Source of the DNA: a virus
Taxonomy: Duplodnaviria > Heunggongvirae > Uroviricota > Caudoviricetes
DNA: 64,000 nt
Direction: 5' to 3' (one strand)
IMG/VR virus record: IMGVR_UViG_3300019776_000583
Location: 20,162-84,161 of that record
Made by a program: the position numbers and the translations under genes
The notes under the pieces: model-generated
Databases searched by the model: none
Told to the model about the DNA's origin: nothing
Seen by the model: the letters and a program-made list of their open reading frames with translations, nothing else
In this document: piece after piece, positions 38,016 through 47,748 of the stretch
How the letters are laid out: each line of letters starts with the position of its first letter
Position numbering within the stretch: position 1 is the first letter of the stretch

Positions 38016-41000
38016 AGTCTTGCAGCTACACCTTCCGCGGCCCCGACGGCGAGAACGTCGTTCTTCGTGGCATGGCCGCCATCAAGGCATTCCTGGCCAG
38101 CGGAGGGCTGGAGTACCTGCGGGCGCCGGAGGTGAGCAGGACCACTGAGCGCGACGTCACGCAGACGCCCGAGTTCAAGCGCTGGTTCGGCGACAGCGTC
38201 ATGACCGTTGACGGCAAGCCCGGCGGCAAGCCGCTGACGCTGTACCACGGCGGCTTCCCCCTTGTTGATCAGCCGCCCGGCAAGGGCATCCCCAAGGCCA
38301 GCACGCGGGGTGCTCTGGGCTACGGCTTCTACATGACCCCCGATGAAGGTCGCGCCGAGATGTACGCCGGCGAGTCCGGCGGCTGGGGTCGCCCCGACGG
38401 CAAGGTCACAGCGCTCTATGCCCGCCTGCTGAACCCACTGGTGATCGAGCACGACGACAAGCAAGACCCGGTCATCACGGGCCTGGTTGCCGCCGGCATG
38501 CCGCGCGACAAGGCAATCAAGAAGGTCGAGAAGGCCAACGAGGAGCACGGCTGGACCGGCAAGGAGCTGATGTCTGCCGCCACCAAGGCCAGCCACGACG
38601 GCGTCGTGCTCAAGCGCGGCGGCAAGATCTCCGAGGTCGTCACCTACCAGCCGACCCAGGTCAAGAGCGCCATCGGCAACGACGGCTCGTTCTCGTGGAG
38701 CCCCGACATCCGCAAGAGCGCCGAGCGCCACTGGTACAGCCAGCTCGAGCGCGCGATTGAAGGCGTCCCCGCGCGCCTGGACAACCAGTCGGCCGTGCAG
38801 TGGTCGCAATGGCTCAAGGCCAACGCCAGCAAGCTCGGCGTCAAGCAAGACGAGGTGACCTGGTCCGGCATCGAGGACTGGCTCAAGCTCAAGGGCAAGG
38901 AGAAGGTCTCGAAGGCGGAGATCGGCGAGTACCTGGCCGAGGGCGGCGTGCGGGTTGAGGAGACGGTTCTGGGTGACGGCGATCGCTGGACCAGAATGGA
39001 TACCGGGGAGAGCACTCAAAACGAGGATGTGGCAAGGCAATGGGCTTCGTCCGGCGTTGACTTCAACTACGACAAGTCCAGCACCAAATACAGCCAATAC
39101 ACCCTCCCCGGCGGCACGAACTACCGCGAGGTGCTGCTGACGCTGCCGGAGCCCAAGCTCGCAGAGATCGAGCCATGGACCGTCGGACGCATGCGCTCCA
39201 GCAAGGACAAGCTGCTGGACATGGGTTTCTCGCAGTTGGCGATAGACACGGCCATTGCAAAGGCGACCGAGACCGGAGGCGTGGAGTCCGCGCTGCGCGC
39301 CATGGACGCCAAGGTTGCGTCCGGCACGGCCAGCCAGGGCCAGCGAGAGGCGGCTCAGCTGCTGCGCGGCATGGCGTCCGGTGAGCGCAAGAACAAGGAG
39401 GCGCGCCTGGTTGCACTGGCAAAGGCGGGCTACAAGTCAGGCCACTGGGACCAGAAGAACGTGCTCGCGCACATTCGCCTCAACGACCGCGTCGATGCCG
39501 ACGGCAAGCGCGTGCTGTTCGTCGAGGAGCTGCAGAGCGACTTCGCGCAAGACGCTCGCAAGAAAGGCATTCAGTCCAGCTACAAGCTGGAGGACGTGCA
39601 ACTCACCGATGGTCCGCTTCCGGCGACCTTCTACTACATCAAGACACCCGACAACGTCTTCCAGATCCTGAAGTCGCAGCACTCCAGCGAGCAGGCTGCG
39701 CGCGAGTACATCGTCCGCGAGAAGAAGATCAATAGCGGCGGCGTTCCGAGCGCCCCCTTCATCGACGACACCACCAAGTGGCTCAACCTTGCCATGAAGC
39801 GAGTCATCAAGCTGGCGGTGGACGATGGCTACGATGCCGTCGCGTTTGTGAACGGCGAGCAGAGTGCTGATCGGTATGACCTGAGCAAGCAAATCAGCAA
39901 GGTGCTTTGGAATGAAGACACAAAGAGGCTGACGGCCTACGACAAGAACACATCCGAGCGCCGCACCAGTGGCCGCGCAGTCATTGATGAGAGCGATGTG
40001 ACTGCAGATCGACTTGAAGATTATGTTGGCAAGGATGTTGCCAAGAAGCTGCTGGAAATGACGCCGGACGAGGATGGCGACAGATCGCTTTCCGGCCTCG
40101 ACCTCAAGGTCGGCGGCGAAGGCATGAAGGCCTTCTACGACAAGATCGTGCCGCAGGCGGCCGGCGGCCTGGTGAAGAAGATGGGCGGGGAGGGGATGAC
40201 GAAGGTGACTCTGCCCAAGATGCCGGGCGGCCGGGCTGTGGTGCGCAATGGAGTCGAGATCAAGACGATTGGCGACATTCAACAGCCCGGCTTCCTCGTC
40301 ACCGACGAGATGCGCGACAAGGCCTCCGGCGGCATGCCGCTGTTCAGCCGCGAGCGACAGACCGACACAGAAGCCTTCAAGAATTGGTTCGGCGACAGCA
40401 AGGTCGTCGATGCCGGGGGCAAGCCGCTGGTTGTGTACCACGGCACGGCAGAGGACTTTGCTGAGTTTGACCCGACGCGCGCCGGCCGCAACTACTTCAG
40501 CTCCGGCGCCCGCCGCGGCATGTTCTTCACCAGCAACCCCGGCACCGCAAGCGTGTACGCCGAGAAGCCGTCTGGCGCGTACCTGAACCCGTCAGATCCG
40601 GAGCGGGCCGACTTCGGCCGCGGCACAGCCACGATCATGCCTGTGTACCTGTCGCTGCAGAATCCGCTGGTCATCAGCACGAAGAAGTCGCCCGACAAGT
40701 TCTTCGACGGGAGGTGGGAGGACATCTTTTCGCGTGTCGAAGCCCGCGGTCACGACGGCGCGATCATTCGCGGAGGTGCGGAGTTCAAGCGCGATCTGTA
40801 TGTGGCCTTGGAGCCCACCCAGATCAAGTCCGCAATCGGCAACACTGGCGCCTTTGCGACTGACAATCCGGACATTACCAAGTCTACCGAGCGCGCCGCG
40901 ATGGGCCTCAACGAGAGCCGCCTCGACCGCGTCATGAACGAGTGGGGCTACACCAGCGGCAAGTCTCGAGCCGCGCTGACCTACATCGATCCGAGCGACT

Positions 41001-44000
41001 TCCTCGCTGCGACCACCGAGTCTCCTGAGGCGATAGAGCGCATCCGCCGCGAGGCTGGTGAACTCGACATGGGCAACCTCACTTCGGAGTCGCAGACCCC
41101 GTTCCTGAAGGTTGAGAAGCGCTCCAACGACAAGGAGTGGCGCATCGTTGGCCACGAGGGTCGGCACCGCATGGCCGCCCTGCAGAAGGCCGGCTACAAC
41201 CAAGTACCGATCGTGCTGTACCAGTACGGCGCGACTGACGACTTCGGCGCCAAGATCTCTGGCCAGAGGCTGATGGGCCAAGACTTCGAGTACGTCGGTC
41301 CCGGATCTCGCGGGCAAGACATTGTCCTGGGCGAAGCCACCTCAATCACATTCGACAACAAGGCGAAGATTGCCGATGAGTTCGGTCGCGGCGACGCGCA
41401 GTTCTCTCGCGAGCGCACCGACACGCCCGAGTTCAAGCGCTGGTTCGGTGGCAGCGTTCTCACCGACAACGACAGCCGCCCGATGGTTATGTACCACCAG
41501 ACCAAGAGCGACTTCTCTGAATTCAAGCCCGGAGGCAACGACGCCACGCTCAGCGGGCCGGCGATATGGGTTCGGCCGGACCCATCAGTCATGGCCTCTG
41601 GCCACAACACCGGCACGCGCCGCAAGGGCCAGTTCCAACCCGGAACGCGCGAGATTCCTCTGTATGTGCGCCTGACAAACGCACTCGGCAGCAACAGCTC
41701 CAACTGGAGAGAGGTATACGGCCAGTTCAAGAGCAAGGGCAATAGCCCCTGGCTGATGGATCAGGCGTTCATCGATGAACTGAAGTCGAAGGGCTACGAC
41801 GGGGTGATGCACCTCAGCAATGACGGCGAGATGGAGGAAGTGGCCGTCTTCGACGCCAACCAGGTCAAGAGCGTCTTCAACGACGGTAGCTTCGACGAGA
41901 CCGACTCCAACATCCTCTCCAGCGCCGCGCGCAACTGGCAGACGCCAGGCGCCTCCAAGTTCGATGATGCCGTCCAGAAGTTCCAGGACAAGAACGTCGA
42001 CCTCCTCCGCGTGCAGCAGGCCCTGAAAGAGGCTGGCGTCGAGATCGCCAACGATCGCGACGCATACCTGAAGGAGGAGCTCTTCCACGGCCGTGCTGCC
42101 AAGCGCACCGAGGACTTCACCAAGAAGGAGCTCGAGCCCTTGACGAAGGCCATGGCTGACCGCGGCCTGACCATCGAGGAGCTCGACGAGTACCTGCACG
42201 CTCGCCACGCAAAGGAGGCGAACGACCTCGTAGCCGAGCGCAACCCAGACAGCCAGGACCTCCAGGACGGCGGGTCCGGCATGAAGTCCAAGGATGCCCA
42301 GGACTACTTGGCTGGCCTGCCATCCGACAAGCGAGAGCACCTGGCTGCCGTCGCCGCACAGGTCGACAAGATGCTGGCCAGGACGCGCCAGCTCATGGTC
42401 GACTACGAGCTCGAGGGCGCAGACACGGTCAAGGGCTGGGGCGAGATGTTCCAGCACTACGTGCCGCTGATGCGCGAGGACGATGGCGACGCGCCGTCCG
42501 GCCTTGGTATGGGCCAGGGCTTCAGCATCAAGGGCCGCGAGGTCAAAAGCCGCACCGGCTCGACGAAGAAGGTCGTCGACATCCTGGCCAACATCGCGCT
42601 GCAGCGCGAGCGCGTGATCGTGCGCGGCGAGAAGAACCGCGTCGGCCAGGCGCTGGTGAACTTGGCTCGCGAGAACGAGAACAAGGACTTCTGGACCGTC
42701 GACCTGACGCCCACGACGCCGACCTACGACCCCAAGAAGGGCGTCGTGGTGCAGCGGCCGGACCCGATGTTCAAGATGCGACCCAACGTGCTGGTGGCCA
42801 AGTTCAAGGAGGCCGACGGCAGCGTCAAGGAGCACGCTGTCATCTTCGACGAGAAGGACTCCCGCGCCGTGCGCGCCGCCGCCTCGCTGAAGAACCTCGA
42901 GGCTGCCCGCATGGAGGGCTTCCTGGGTGGCGCAGCGGCGGTCACCCGCTACTTCAGCGCGATCGTCACCCAGTACAACCCGGTCTTCGGCGTCATCAAC
43001 TTCATGCGCGACTTCCAGGCCGTGATGCTCAACCTGAAGAGCACCCCGCTGGATGGTAAGCAGAAGCAGATCGCCGCCGACTCGATGCGCGCGGTGAAGC
43101 AGATCTACTCGAACCTGCGCAGCGGCAAGGACACCGGCGACCTGCAGAAGCTCTTCGACGAGTTCCGCGACGCCGGCGGCCAGACTGGCTTCCGCCAGCT
43201 CTACGCCGACAGCGCCGACCGCGCCGACGCCATCCGTGAGGCCATCAACCCTGACGCCTGGACCGACACCAAGCTGGGCAAGATCTTCACCGCCAACGGC
43301 GTCTTGAAGGTCCCCATGGCCAAGGCTATGCGCGCGTCGAAGGGCGTCTTCCAATGGCTCACCGACTACAACGACACTCTCGAGAATGCCACCCGCCTGG
43401 CAGTCTACAAGGCCGGCAAGGAGCAGTTCCTGTCGGAGGGCCTGGGAGAGACTGAGGCCCGCGAGAAGGCCGCCAGCATCGCCAAGAACATCAGCGCCAA
43501 CTTCAACCGCAAGGGCGAGCTGGGCCAGCAGATCGGCGCTCTCTACGCCTTCTTCAACGCCAGCGCGCAGGGCACAGCCCGCCTGGGCCAGCTGCTCTTC
43601 GACATGGAGCCCGGCAAGCCCAAGACAATCCGCCTGTCGCGCGTCGGCAAGCGCATCGTGACCGGCGGCGTGCTGCTGGGCGTGGCGCAGGCGCTGGCGC
43701 TGTCTGCCGCCGGCTTCAGCGACGATGATCCGCCGGAGTTCGTTCGCGAGCGGTCGATCGTGATCCCGACCGGCGGCAAGAGCTACATCTCGATCCCCAT
43801 GCCGCTGGGCCTGCACGTGCTACCCAACCTGGGCCGCGTGACGACCGAGTGGGCCATGGGTGGCTTCGACAAGACGCCGCAGCGCGCCGTAGCCATGGTT
43901 GGCCTGCTGGCCGAGGCCTTTGTGCCGACCGGATCCAGCGGCCTTTCGATGCAGACGCTGGCGCCTACCGCGGTGGACCCACTGGTGGCGCTGACCGAGA

Positions 44001-44629
44001 ACAAGGACTGGCAGGGCCGGCCGATCGCCAAGGAGAGCATGAACCCGGCGATCCCGGGCCATGCGCTGGTGAAGGACACAGCGACAGCCTGGTCGCGCGT
44101 GATGGCCGAGGCGATCAACTACGCCACCGGCGGCAACCATTACCTGCGCGGTGCGGTGAGCCCGACCCCGGACCAGCTCGACTACCTGATCTCCGCCCTG
44201 GGCGGCGGGGTGGCCAACGAGATCTCCAAGGCCCAACAGACCGGCTCTAGCCTGGCCACCGGCGAGTCATTGCCGACCTACAAGATCCCGCTGGTGGGCC
44301 GCCTGATCGGCAACGCCGCCAGCCAGCAGAGCGAGGGCACGGCCTTCTACTCCGCGTCGCGCAAGCTGAACGAGCTGGAGACGGAGATCAAGGGCCTGCA
44401 GAAGGACGGTAGGAGCCAGGAGGCGGCCGCACTGCGCGCCTCGCGGCCGGACGCCTACCTCATGGCCCAGGTCAACCGGGCCGAGAGAGACATCTCGAAG
44501 CTGCGCAAGGAGAAGAGCTCGCTGATTGAGTCTGGCGCACCGCGCGAACAGGTTCGCGCAGTGGAGGAGAAGATCACCGCGCGCATGGCGGCCTTCAACC
44601 GGGCCTTCGACCAGATGCAGCCTCGGTAG
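38012..44629 (+). CDS. Giant polyvalent virion protein (2205 aa) carrying three tandem copies of the FKxWFGDS...YHG[TG] domain and a hydrophobic C-terminal region
   Basis: ATGA overlap with the HNH gene. Uninterrupted 6.6-kb ORF. Three paralogous roughly 200-aa modules, each beginning TPEFKRWFGDS / EAFKNWFGDS / TPEFKRWFGGS and ending QVKSAIGN / QIKSAIGN / QVKSVFND. Confidence 0.85.
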   Translation: MKSCSYTFRGPDGENVVLRGMAAIKAFLASGGLEYLRAPEVSRTTERDVTQTPEFKRWFGDSVMTVDGKPGGKPLTLYHGGFPLVDQPPGKGIPKASTRGALGYGFYMTPDEGRAEMYAGESGGWGRPDGKVTALYARLLNPLVIEHDDKQDPVITGLVAAGMPRDKAIKKVEKANEEHGWTGKELMSAATKASHDGVVLKRGGKISEVVTYQPTQVKSAIGNDGSFSWSPDIRKSAERHWYSQLERAIEGVPARLDNQSAVQWSQWLKANASKLGVKQDEVTWSGIEDWLKLKGKEKVSKAEIGEYLAEGGVRVEETVLGDGDRWTRMDTGESTQNEDVARQWASSGVDFNYDKSSTKYSQYTLPGGTNYREVLLTLPEPKLAEIEPWTVGRMRSSKDKLLDMGFSQLAIDTAIAKATETGGVESALRAMDAKVASGTASQGQREAAQLLRGMASGERKNKEARLVALAKAGYKSGHWDQKNVLAHIRLNDRVDADGKRVLFVEELQSDFAQDARKKGIQSSYKLEDVQLTDGPLPATFYYIKTPDNVFQILKSQHSSEQAAREYIVREKKINSGGVPSAPFIDDTTKWLNLAMKRVIKLAVDDGYDAVAFVNGEQSADRYDLSKQISKVLWNEDTKRLTAYDKNTSERRTSGRAVIDESDVTADRLEDYVGKDVAKKLLEMTPDEDGDRSLSGLDLKVGGEGMKAFYDKIVPQAAGGLVKKMGGEGMTKVTLPKMPGGRAVVRNGVEIKTIGDIQQPGFLVTDEMRDKASGGMPLFSRERQTDTEAFKNWFGDSKVVDAGGKPLVVYHGTAEDFAEFDPTRAGRNYFSSGARRGMFFTSNPGTASVYAEKPSGAYLNPSDPERADFGRGTATIMPVYLSLQNPLVISTKKSPDKFFDGRWEDIFSRVEARGHDGAIIRGGAEFKRDLYVALEPTQIKSAIGNTGAFATDNPDITKSTERAAMGLNESRLDRVMNEWGYTSGKSRAALTYIDPSDFLAATTESPEAIERIRREAGELDMGNLTSESQTPFLKVEKRSNDKEWRIVGHEGRHRMAALQKAGYNQVPIVLYQYGATDDFGAKISGQRLMGQDFEYVGPGSRGQDIVLGEATSITFDNKAKIADEFGRGDAQFSRERTDTPEFKRWFGGSVLTDNDSRPMVMYHQTKSDFSEFKPGGNDATLSGPAIWVRPDPSVMASGHNTGTRRKGQFQPGTREIPLYVRLTNALGSNSSNWREVYGQFKSKGNSPWLMDQAFIDELKSKGYDGVMHLSNDGEMEEVAVFDANQVKSVFNDGSFDETDSNILSSAARNWQTPGASKFDDAVQKFQDKNVDLLRVQQALKEAGVEIANDRDAYLKEELFHGRAAKRTEDFTKKELEPLTKAMADRGLTIEELDEYLHARHAKEANDLVAERNPDSQDLQDGGSGMKSKDAQDYLAGLPSDKREHLAAVAAQVDKMLARTRQLMVDYELEGADTVKGWGEMFQHYVPLMREDDGDAPSGLGMGQGFSIKGREVKSRTGSTKKVVDILANIALQRERVIVRGEKNRVGQALVNLARENENKDFWTVDLTPTTPTYDPKKGVVVQRPDPMFKMRPNVLVAKFKEADGSVKEHAVIFDEKDSRAVRAAASLKNLEAARMEGFLGGAAAVTRYFSAIVTQYNPVFGVINFMRDFQAVMLNLKSTPLDGKQKQIAADSMRAVKQIYSNLRSGKDTGDLQKLFDEFRDAGGQTGFRQLYADSADRADAIREAINPDAWTDTKLGKIFTANGVLKVPMAKAMRASKGVFQWLTDYNDTLENATRLAVYKAGKEQFLSEGLGETEAREKAASIAKNISANFNRKGELGQQIGALYAFFNASAQGTARLGQLLFDMEPGKPKTIRLSRVGKRIVTGGVLLGVAQALALSAAGFSDDDPPEFVRERSIVIPTGGKSYISIPMPLGLHVLPNLGRVTTEWAMGGFDKTPQRAVAMVGLLAEAFVPTGSSGLSMQTLAPTAVDPLVALTENKDWQGRPIAKESMNPAIPGHALVKDTATAWSRVMAEAINYATGGNHYLRGAVSPTPDQLDYLISALGGGVANEISKAQQTGSSLATGESLPTYKIPLVGRLIGNAASQQSEGTAFYSASRKLNELETEIKGLQKDGRSQEAAALRASRPDAYLMAQVNRAERDISKLRKEKSSLIESGAPREQVRAVEEKITARMAAFNRAFDQMQPR

Positions 44630-44799
44630 GCTACCGGGAGATGGATTGGACGATGCTGGCGGTGCAACCCACCGCCAGCAAGACCCACCCAGCAGTCAAG
44701 AGCAGCTGGGTGATCTCTCGCGGGGCCTTTGCCAGGCCCCACAAGAACAGTCCGAATAGAACGAAAAGTATGAGCATGCGCCGAATCTAGCAAGGCCCC

Positions 44800-45010
44800 T
44801 CTAAGCCACTACTGCTACGCGATTGCTACGACGGCCCGGAGACCCGCATGGCTGCTGGGCGACTACCCCGTGAGCTACGGAGGCTTGGTGCTGGTCACCG
44901 CCTGTAGAACCGCTTCCAGGCATCATCAAGGTACACTGCTTGTCACCCGTTGTCACCGTCGATTGCTACTTGTGCATCGACTCGTGTGCATCGGTAGCAC
45001 TGGAGGTGCT
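44800..45010. promoter_or_regulatory. Candidate attP / integrase arm-site region (clustered short direct repeats upstream of int)
   Basis: Repeats TTGTCACC x2, GTGCATCG x2, TTGCTAC / TGCTACG at least x4 within about 200 bp of non-coding DNA immediately 5' of the integrase gene. Confidence 0.4.
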
Positions 45011-45015
45011 ACGGC

Positions 45016-46110
45016 GTGGCAAGCATCAAGCAAATGGGCCCGAAGTCCTGGCGCGTGCAGATCCGACGCAAGGGACACAAGACGATCACCAAGACCCTCA
45101 CCACTGAGCGGCTGGCCAAGCAGTTCGCCGCAAGGGTAGAGGGTGACATCGAAGACGGCAAGCCGCCCACCGTCGGCACGGACATCACGGTCAGCCAGGC
45201 AGTCGAGGCCTTCCGGGAGCTGCGCGACACCGGCCAGCGCCCAGTGGCGCGCGGCTCGACCGAGTTCTACATGCTGCGCCATCTCGAGGAGGGCATGGGC
45301 GGCTGGAGGGTCGATGCGGTGACGCCGCAGAGGCTGGCCTCCTGGGCCCGCTCGCGCATGGACGAGGGCGCCGGCCCAGCCACCATCGGCATGGAGGTCT
45401 CCAAGCTGGGCACCGTGATGCGGCACGCCAGCGCGTGGCTGCGCACGCCGCTGCCAGACATCGTGGCGCCGGCCCGGGCGCTGCTCGAGTATTCAGGCCT
45501 GGTGGGCCCCAGCCAACACCGAGAGAGGCGGCCCACAGAGGACGAGTTGGTCCGGCTACTCGAGATCGCTGACCCGACGATGCAGGACCTGATGCTGGCC
45601 GCCATCCTGACGACGATGCGCCGCGGCGAGCTCACGCGCATCCTGTGGGCGGACCTAGACGAGGAGCGCAAGCTGGTCCTGATCCGCGACCGCAAGCACC
45701 CACGCAAGAAGCAGGGAAACCACATGTGGTGCCCGCTGCTGGGTGACGCGATGAAGGTGCTGAAGCGCCAACCCCACGTCGACGAAAGGATCTTCCCGGT
45801 CGACAACGAGTGGGTCAGCGACACCTTCAAGGCGATGTGCGACCAGCTTGGGATTGAGGACCTGCACTTTCACGACCTGCGTCATGAAGGCACGAGCCGG
45901 CTATTCGAGGCCGGCTACCGGATCGAGCAGGTCCGCCTGGTGACAGGCCACAAGAAGCTCGAGAACCTGATGCGGTACACCAACCTCAGGCCAGAGCACC
46001 TTTCTTCGCCGCCGCCCGTTTTTGGTCCAGGTAATCCGCCACGTCTCGGTGGTCAGCCCAGCGCTGCCCCTGATCCAGGTACGTCGGGATCGGAAATCGA
46101 TCCTCGCTGA
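45016..46110 (+). CDS. int: Tyrosine recombinase / phage integrase
   Basis: GGAGG Shine-Dalgarno and GTG start. N-terminal arm-binding-like domain. C-terminal HDLRHEGTS (HxxR) and LMRYTNL (catalytic Tyr). Unusual ~45-aa C-terminal extension. Confidence 0.9.
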   Translation: MASIKQMGPKSWRVQIRRKGHKTITKTLTTERLAKQFAARVEGDIEDGKPPTVGTDITVSQAVEAFRELRDTGQRPVARGSTEFYMLRHLEEGMGGWRVDAVTPQRLASWARSRMDEGAGPATIGMEVSKLGTVMRHASAWLRTPLPDIVAPARALLEYSGLVGPSQHRERRPTEDELVRLLEIADPTMQDLMLAAILTTMRRGELTRILWADLDEERKLVLIRDRKHPRKKQGNHMWCPLLGDAMKVLKRQPHVDERIFPVDNEWVSDTFKAMCDQLGIEDLHFHDLRHEGTSRLFEAGYRIEQVRLVTGHKKLENLMRYTNLRPEHLSSPPPVFGPGNPPRLGGQPSAAPDPGTSGSEIDPR

Positions 46111-46219
46111 TCTGGTTGCGGATGCTGCCGGCGGACATGGCGAGCTCCTCTCCGAGCTGCTTGAGGCTCAATCGTAGGCCGTGCTTTTCGATGAGGTAAG
46201 CCTGGGCGAGGAAGCTCAT
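45986..46219 (-). CDS. AlpA / excisionase-family HTH DNA-binding protein (Xis-like)
   Basis: 77 aa. LSLKQLGEELAMSAGSIRNQISEDRFPIPTYLDQGQRWADHRDVADYL resembles AlpA/Xis MerR-like HTH proteins. Convergent with int and overlaps its 3' end by about 125 bp. Confidence 0.65.
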   Translation of the reverse strand: MSFLAQAYLIEKHGLRLSLKQLGEELAMSAGSIRNQISEDRFPIPTYLDQGQRWADHRDVADYLDQKRAAAKKGALA

Positions 46220-46323
46220 GGTGTCGTGTTGGTGGCGCCGGTTCGGCACATTTGGCGAGGGACCGGCAGCTGGCCTCGGATATGACGGCCCGAGGGCCCC
46301 GCATGTGCCATGCGGTCTACGAA

Positions 46324-47139
46324 CTACTTGCCGATGTTGATGAAGGGCACCGCGCCGCCGGCCTGAGTGACCGGGAGCTTCCCGTCCCACTTGGCGATCG
46401 CCTGCAGTTGCACGTACTCGGTGCCGCCCTGCTTGGCCACCGCCTCGGCCTTGATGCGGATCGCGTCGGCCTCGCCTTGCGCCTCGATGCGCAGGCGGTC
46501 TGCCTCTGCCTTGGCCACCTTGATGTCGTTCTCCTTCTTCTGGAGCACGAACTGGCTGTTGGCAGCCGCCTTGATGTTCGCCTCGAGCGCAGGGTCGGTG
46601 ACGAGGTTGCGCACGTTGGCGCTGCGCACGAAGAACCAGCCCTTGCCGGCCGATGCGTCCAGGTCGCTCTGCAGCGCCTTGACCACCTTCGCGGCGATCG
46701 CAGTGCGCTCGGTGTGCACGGTGCCCGATCCAAACTCCGCGACGGCGCTGTAGATCGCCTCACGCGCCTGGCGCGTCACGTAGTTCATGCCAACCCTGAC
46801 GCCATCTTCTTTGTCGATCTGCATCACGTCGCCAGGCCACCGGGTCATGATCGCCGGCGCCTTGGACGGGTCGATCTGGACGTAGATGTCGATGTCCAAG
46901 TCGGCTAGCGTGATCTTGTCGAGCGTCTGGGGCTTGAGGTCGTTGAGGGCCAGCGGCAGCTCCTTGGCGGACACCTCGGTGACGCGCTTGAACAGCGTGA
47001 AGTAGACGCCGGCCGGCATGGTCTCGGGCTTGACTTGGCCGAGGGTTGACTCGACGCCCACGTTGCCGGTGTCGATCTGCGAGCAGGCGCCCAGCACGGT
47101 CGCGAAAAGGATGAGGATCAGAGACTTGATGGACTTCAT
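46324..47139 (-). CDS. SPFH / band-7 (stomatin/prohibitin-like) domain lipoprotein
   Basis: Signal peptide with lipobox LGAC. SPFH-like core and a C-terminal coiled coil (AKAEADRLRIEAQGEADAIRIKAEA). Confidence 0.75.
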   Translation of the reverse strand: MKSIKSLILILFATVLGACSQIDTGNVGVESTLGQVKPETMPAGVYFTLFKRVTEVSAKELPLALNDLKPQTLDKITLADLDIDIYVQIDPSKAPAIMTRWPGDVMQIDKEDGVRVGMNYVTRQAREAIYSAVAEFGSGTVHTERTAIAAKVVKALQSDLDASAGKGWFFVRSANVRNLVTDPALEANIKAAANSQFVLQKKENDIKVAKAEADRLRIEAQGEADAIRIKAEAVAKQGGTEYVQLQAIAKWDGKLPVTQAGGAVPFINIGK

Positions 47140-47146
47140 GGTTTCC

Positions 47147-47338
47147 TTACAGAAGAGGCTGAGAGGGGAGGTGGTTTGCCAACGCGACGAGGGACAGCAA
47201 GGCGGCCAGCAGGGCCCCGAGGGCGATGCCGTGCTTCGTAATGAAGCGGGCTGACGCCTTGCGCGTCTCGGGGTCGGAGGCTTGCCAGGCGGCGTAGCCG
47301 GCGACGATCAGGACGATGAGGACAAAGAGGTGCTTCAC
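47147..47338 (-). CDS. Small two-TM membrane protein (63 aa)
   Basis: Two hydrophobic helices (LFVLIVLIVAGYAAW, ALGALLAALLSLVAL). 8 nt upstream of the SPFH gene. Confidence 0.5.
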   Translation of the reverse strand: MKHLFVLIVLIVAGYAAWQASDPETRKASARFITKHGIALGALLAALLSLVALANHLPSQPLL

Positions 47339-47345
47339 ACTGGAC

Positions 47346-47555
47346 CTAGTACTTTCCTCCCGGCTTGCGCGCCGGGCTGACGGTGATGACGTCCACGTGC
47401 CGGCCAGCCGCCCATGGGGCTACGCTGACCTGCTCGATGGAGACGGTGAGGCCCGACTTGCGGGCCTGCAGCGCGAGGGCGTGAGCTTCGCGCTCAATCT
47501 GAGCAGTCATGTCGTCGACCGTGATGTCGACGCCATGCTCGTCGAAGCTCACCAC
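47346..47555 (-). CDS. Small hypothetical protein (69 aa)
   Basis: ORF with GC3 bias in an operon-like arrangement. Confidence 0.4.
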   Translation of the reverse strand: MVSFDEHGVDITVDDMTAQIEREAHALALQARKSGLTVSIEQVSVAPWAAGRHVDVITVSPARKPGGKY

Positions 47556-47559
47556 GACC

Positions 47560-47748
47560 TCAGATGACGGCGGCGCCGTCGATCGACAGAACCTGGCCCG
47601 GACGGATCTTCAGCGGCTTGTCGGCGCCAGCGACCTTGACTTGGAGGTACGGGCCGTTGACGTGGGCTTCCTGGCGCAGGAACGTGCCCTCGCCCTTGAC
47701 GCCGTTGAAGCGGCGGAAGACGAGACGCTGGTTCTTCTTCAGTTTCAT
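47560..47748 (-). CDS. Small hypothetical protein (62 aa; MKLKKNQRLVFRRFNGVKGEG...)
   Basis: ATG start, with the upstream part of the listed ORF replaced by the overlapping neighbour. GC3 bias. Confidence 0.45.
   Translation of the reverse strand: MKLKKNQRLVFRRFNGVKGEGTFLRQEAHVNGPYLQVKVAGADKPLKIRPGQVLSIDGAAVI

Noticed and set aside
44526-44759. Short ORFs in the spacer upstream of int
   Set aside because: No coding bias. The region is better explained as att/arm-site DNA with direct repeats.
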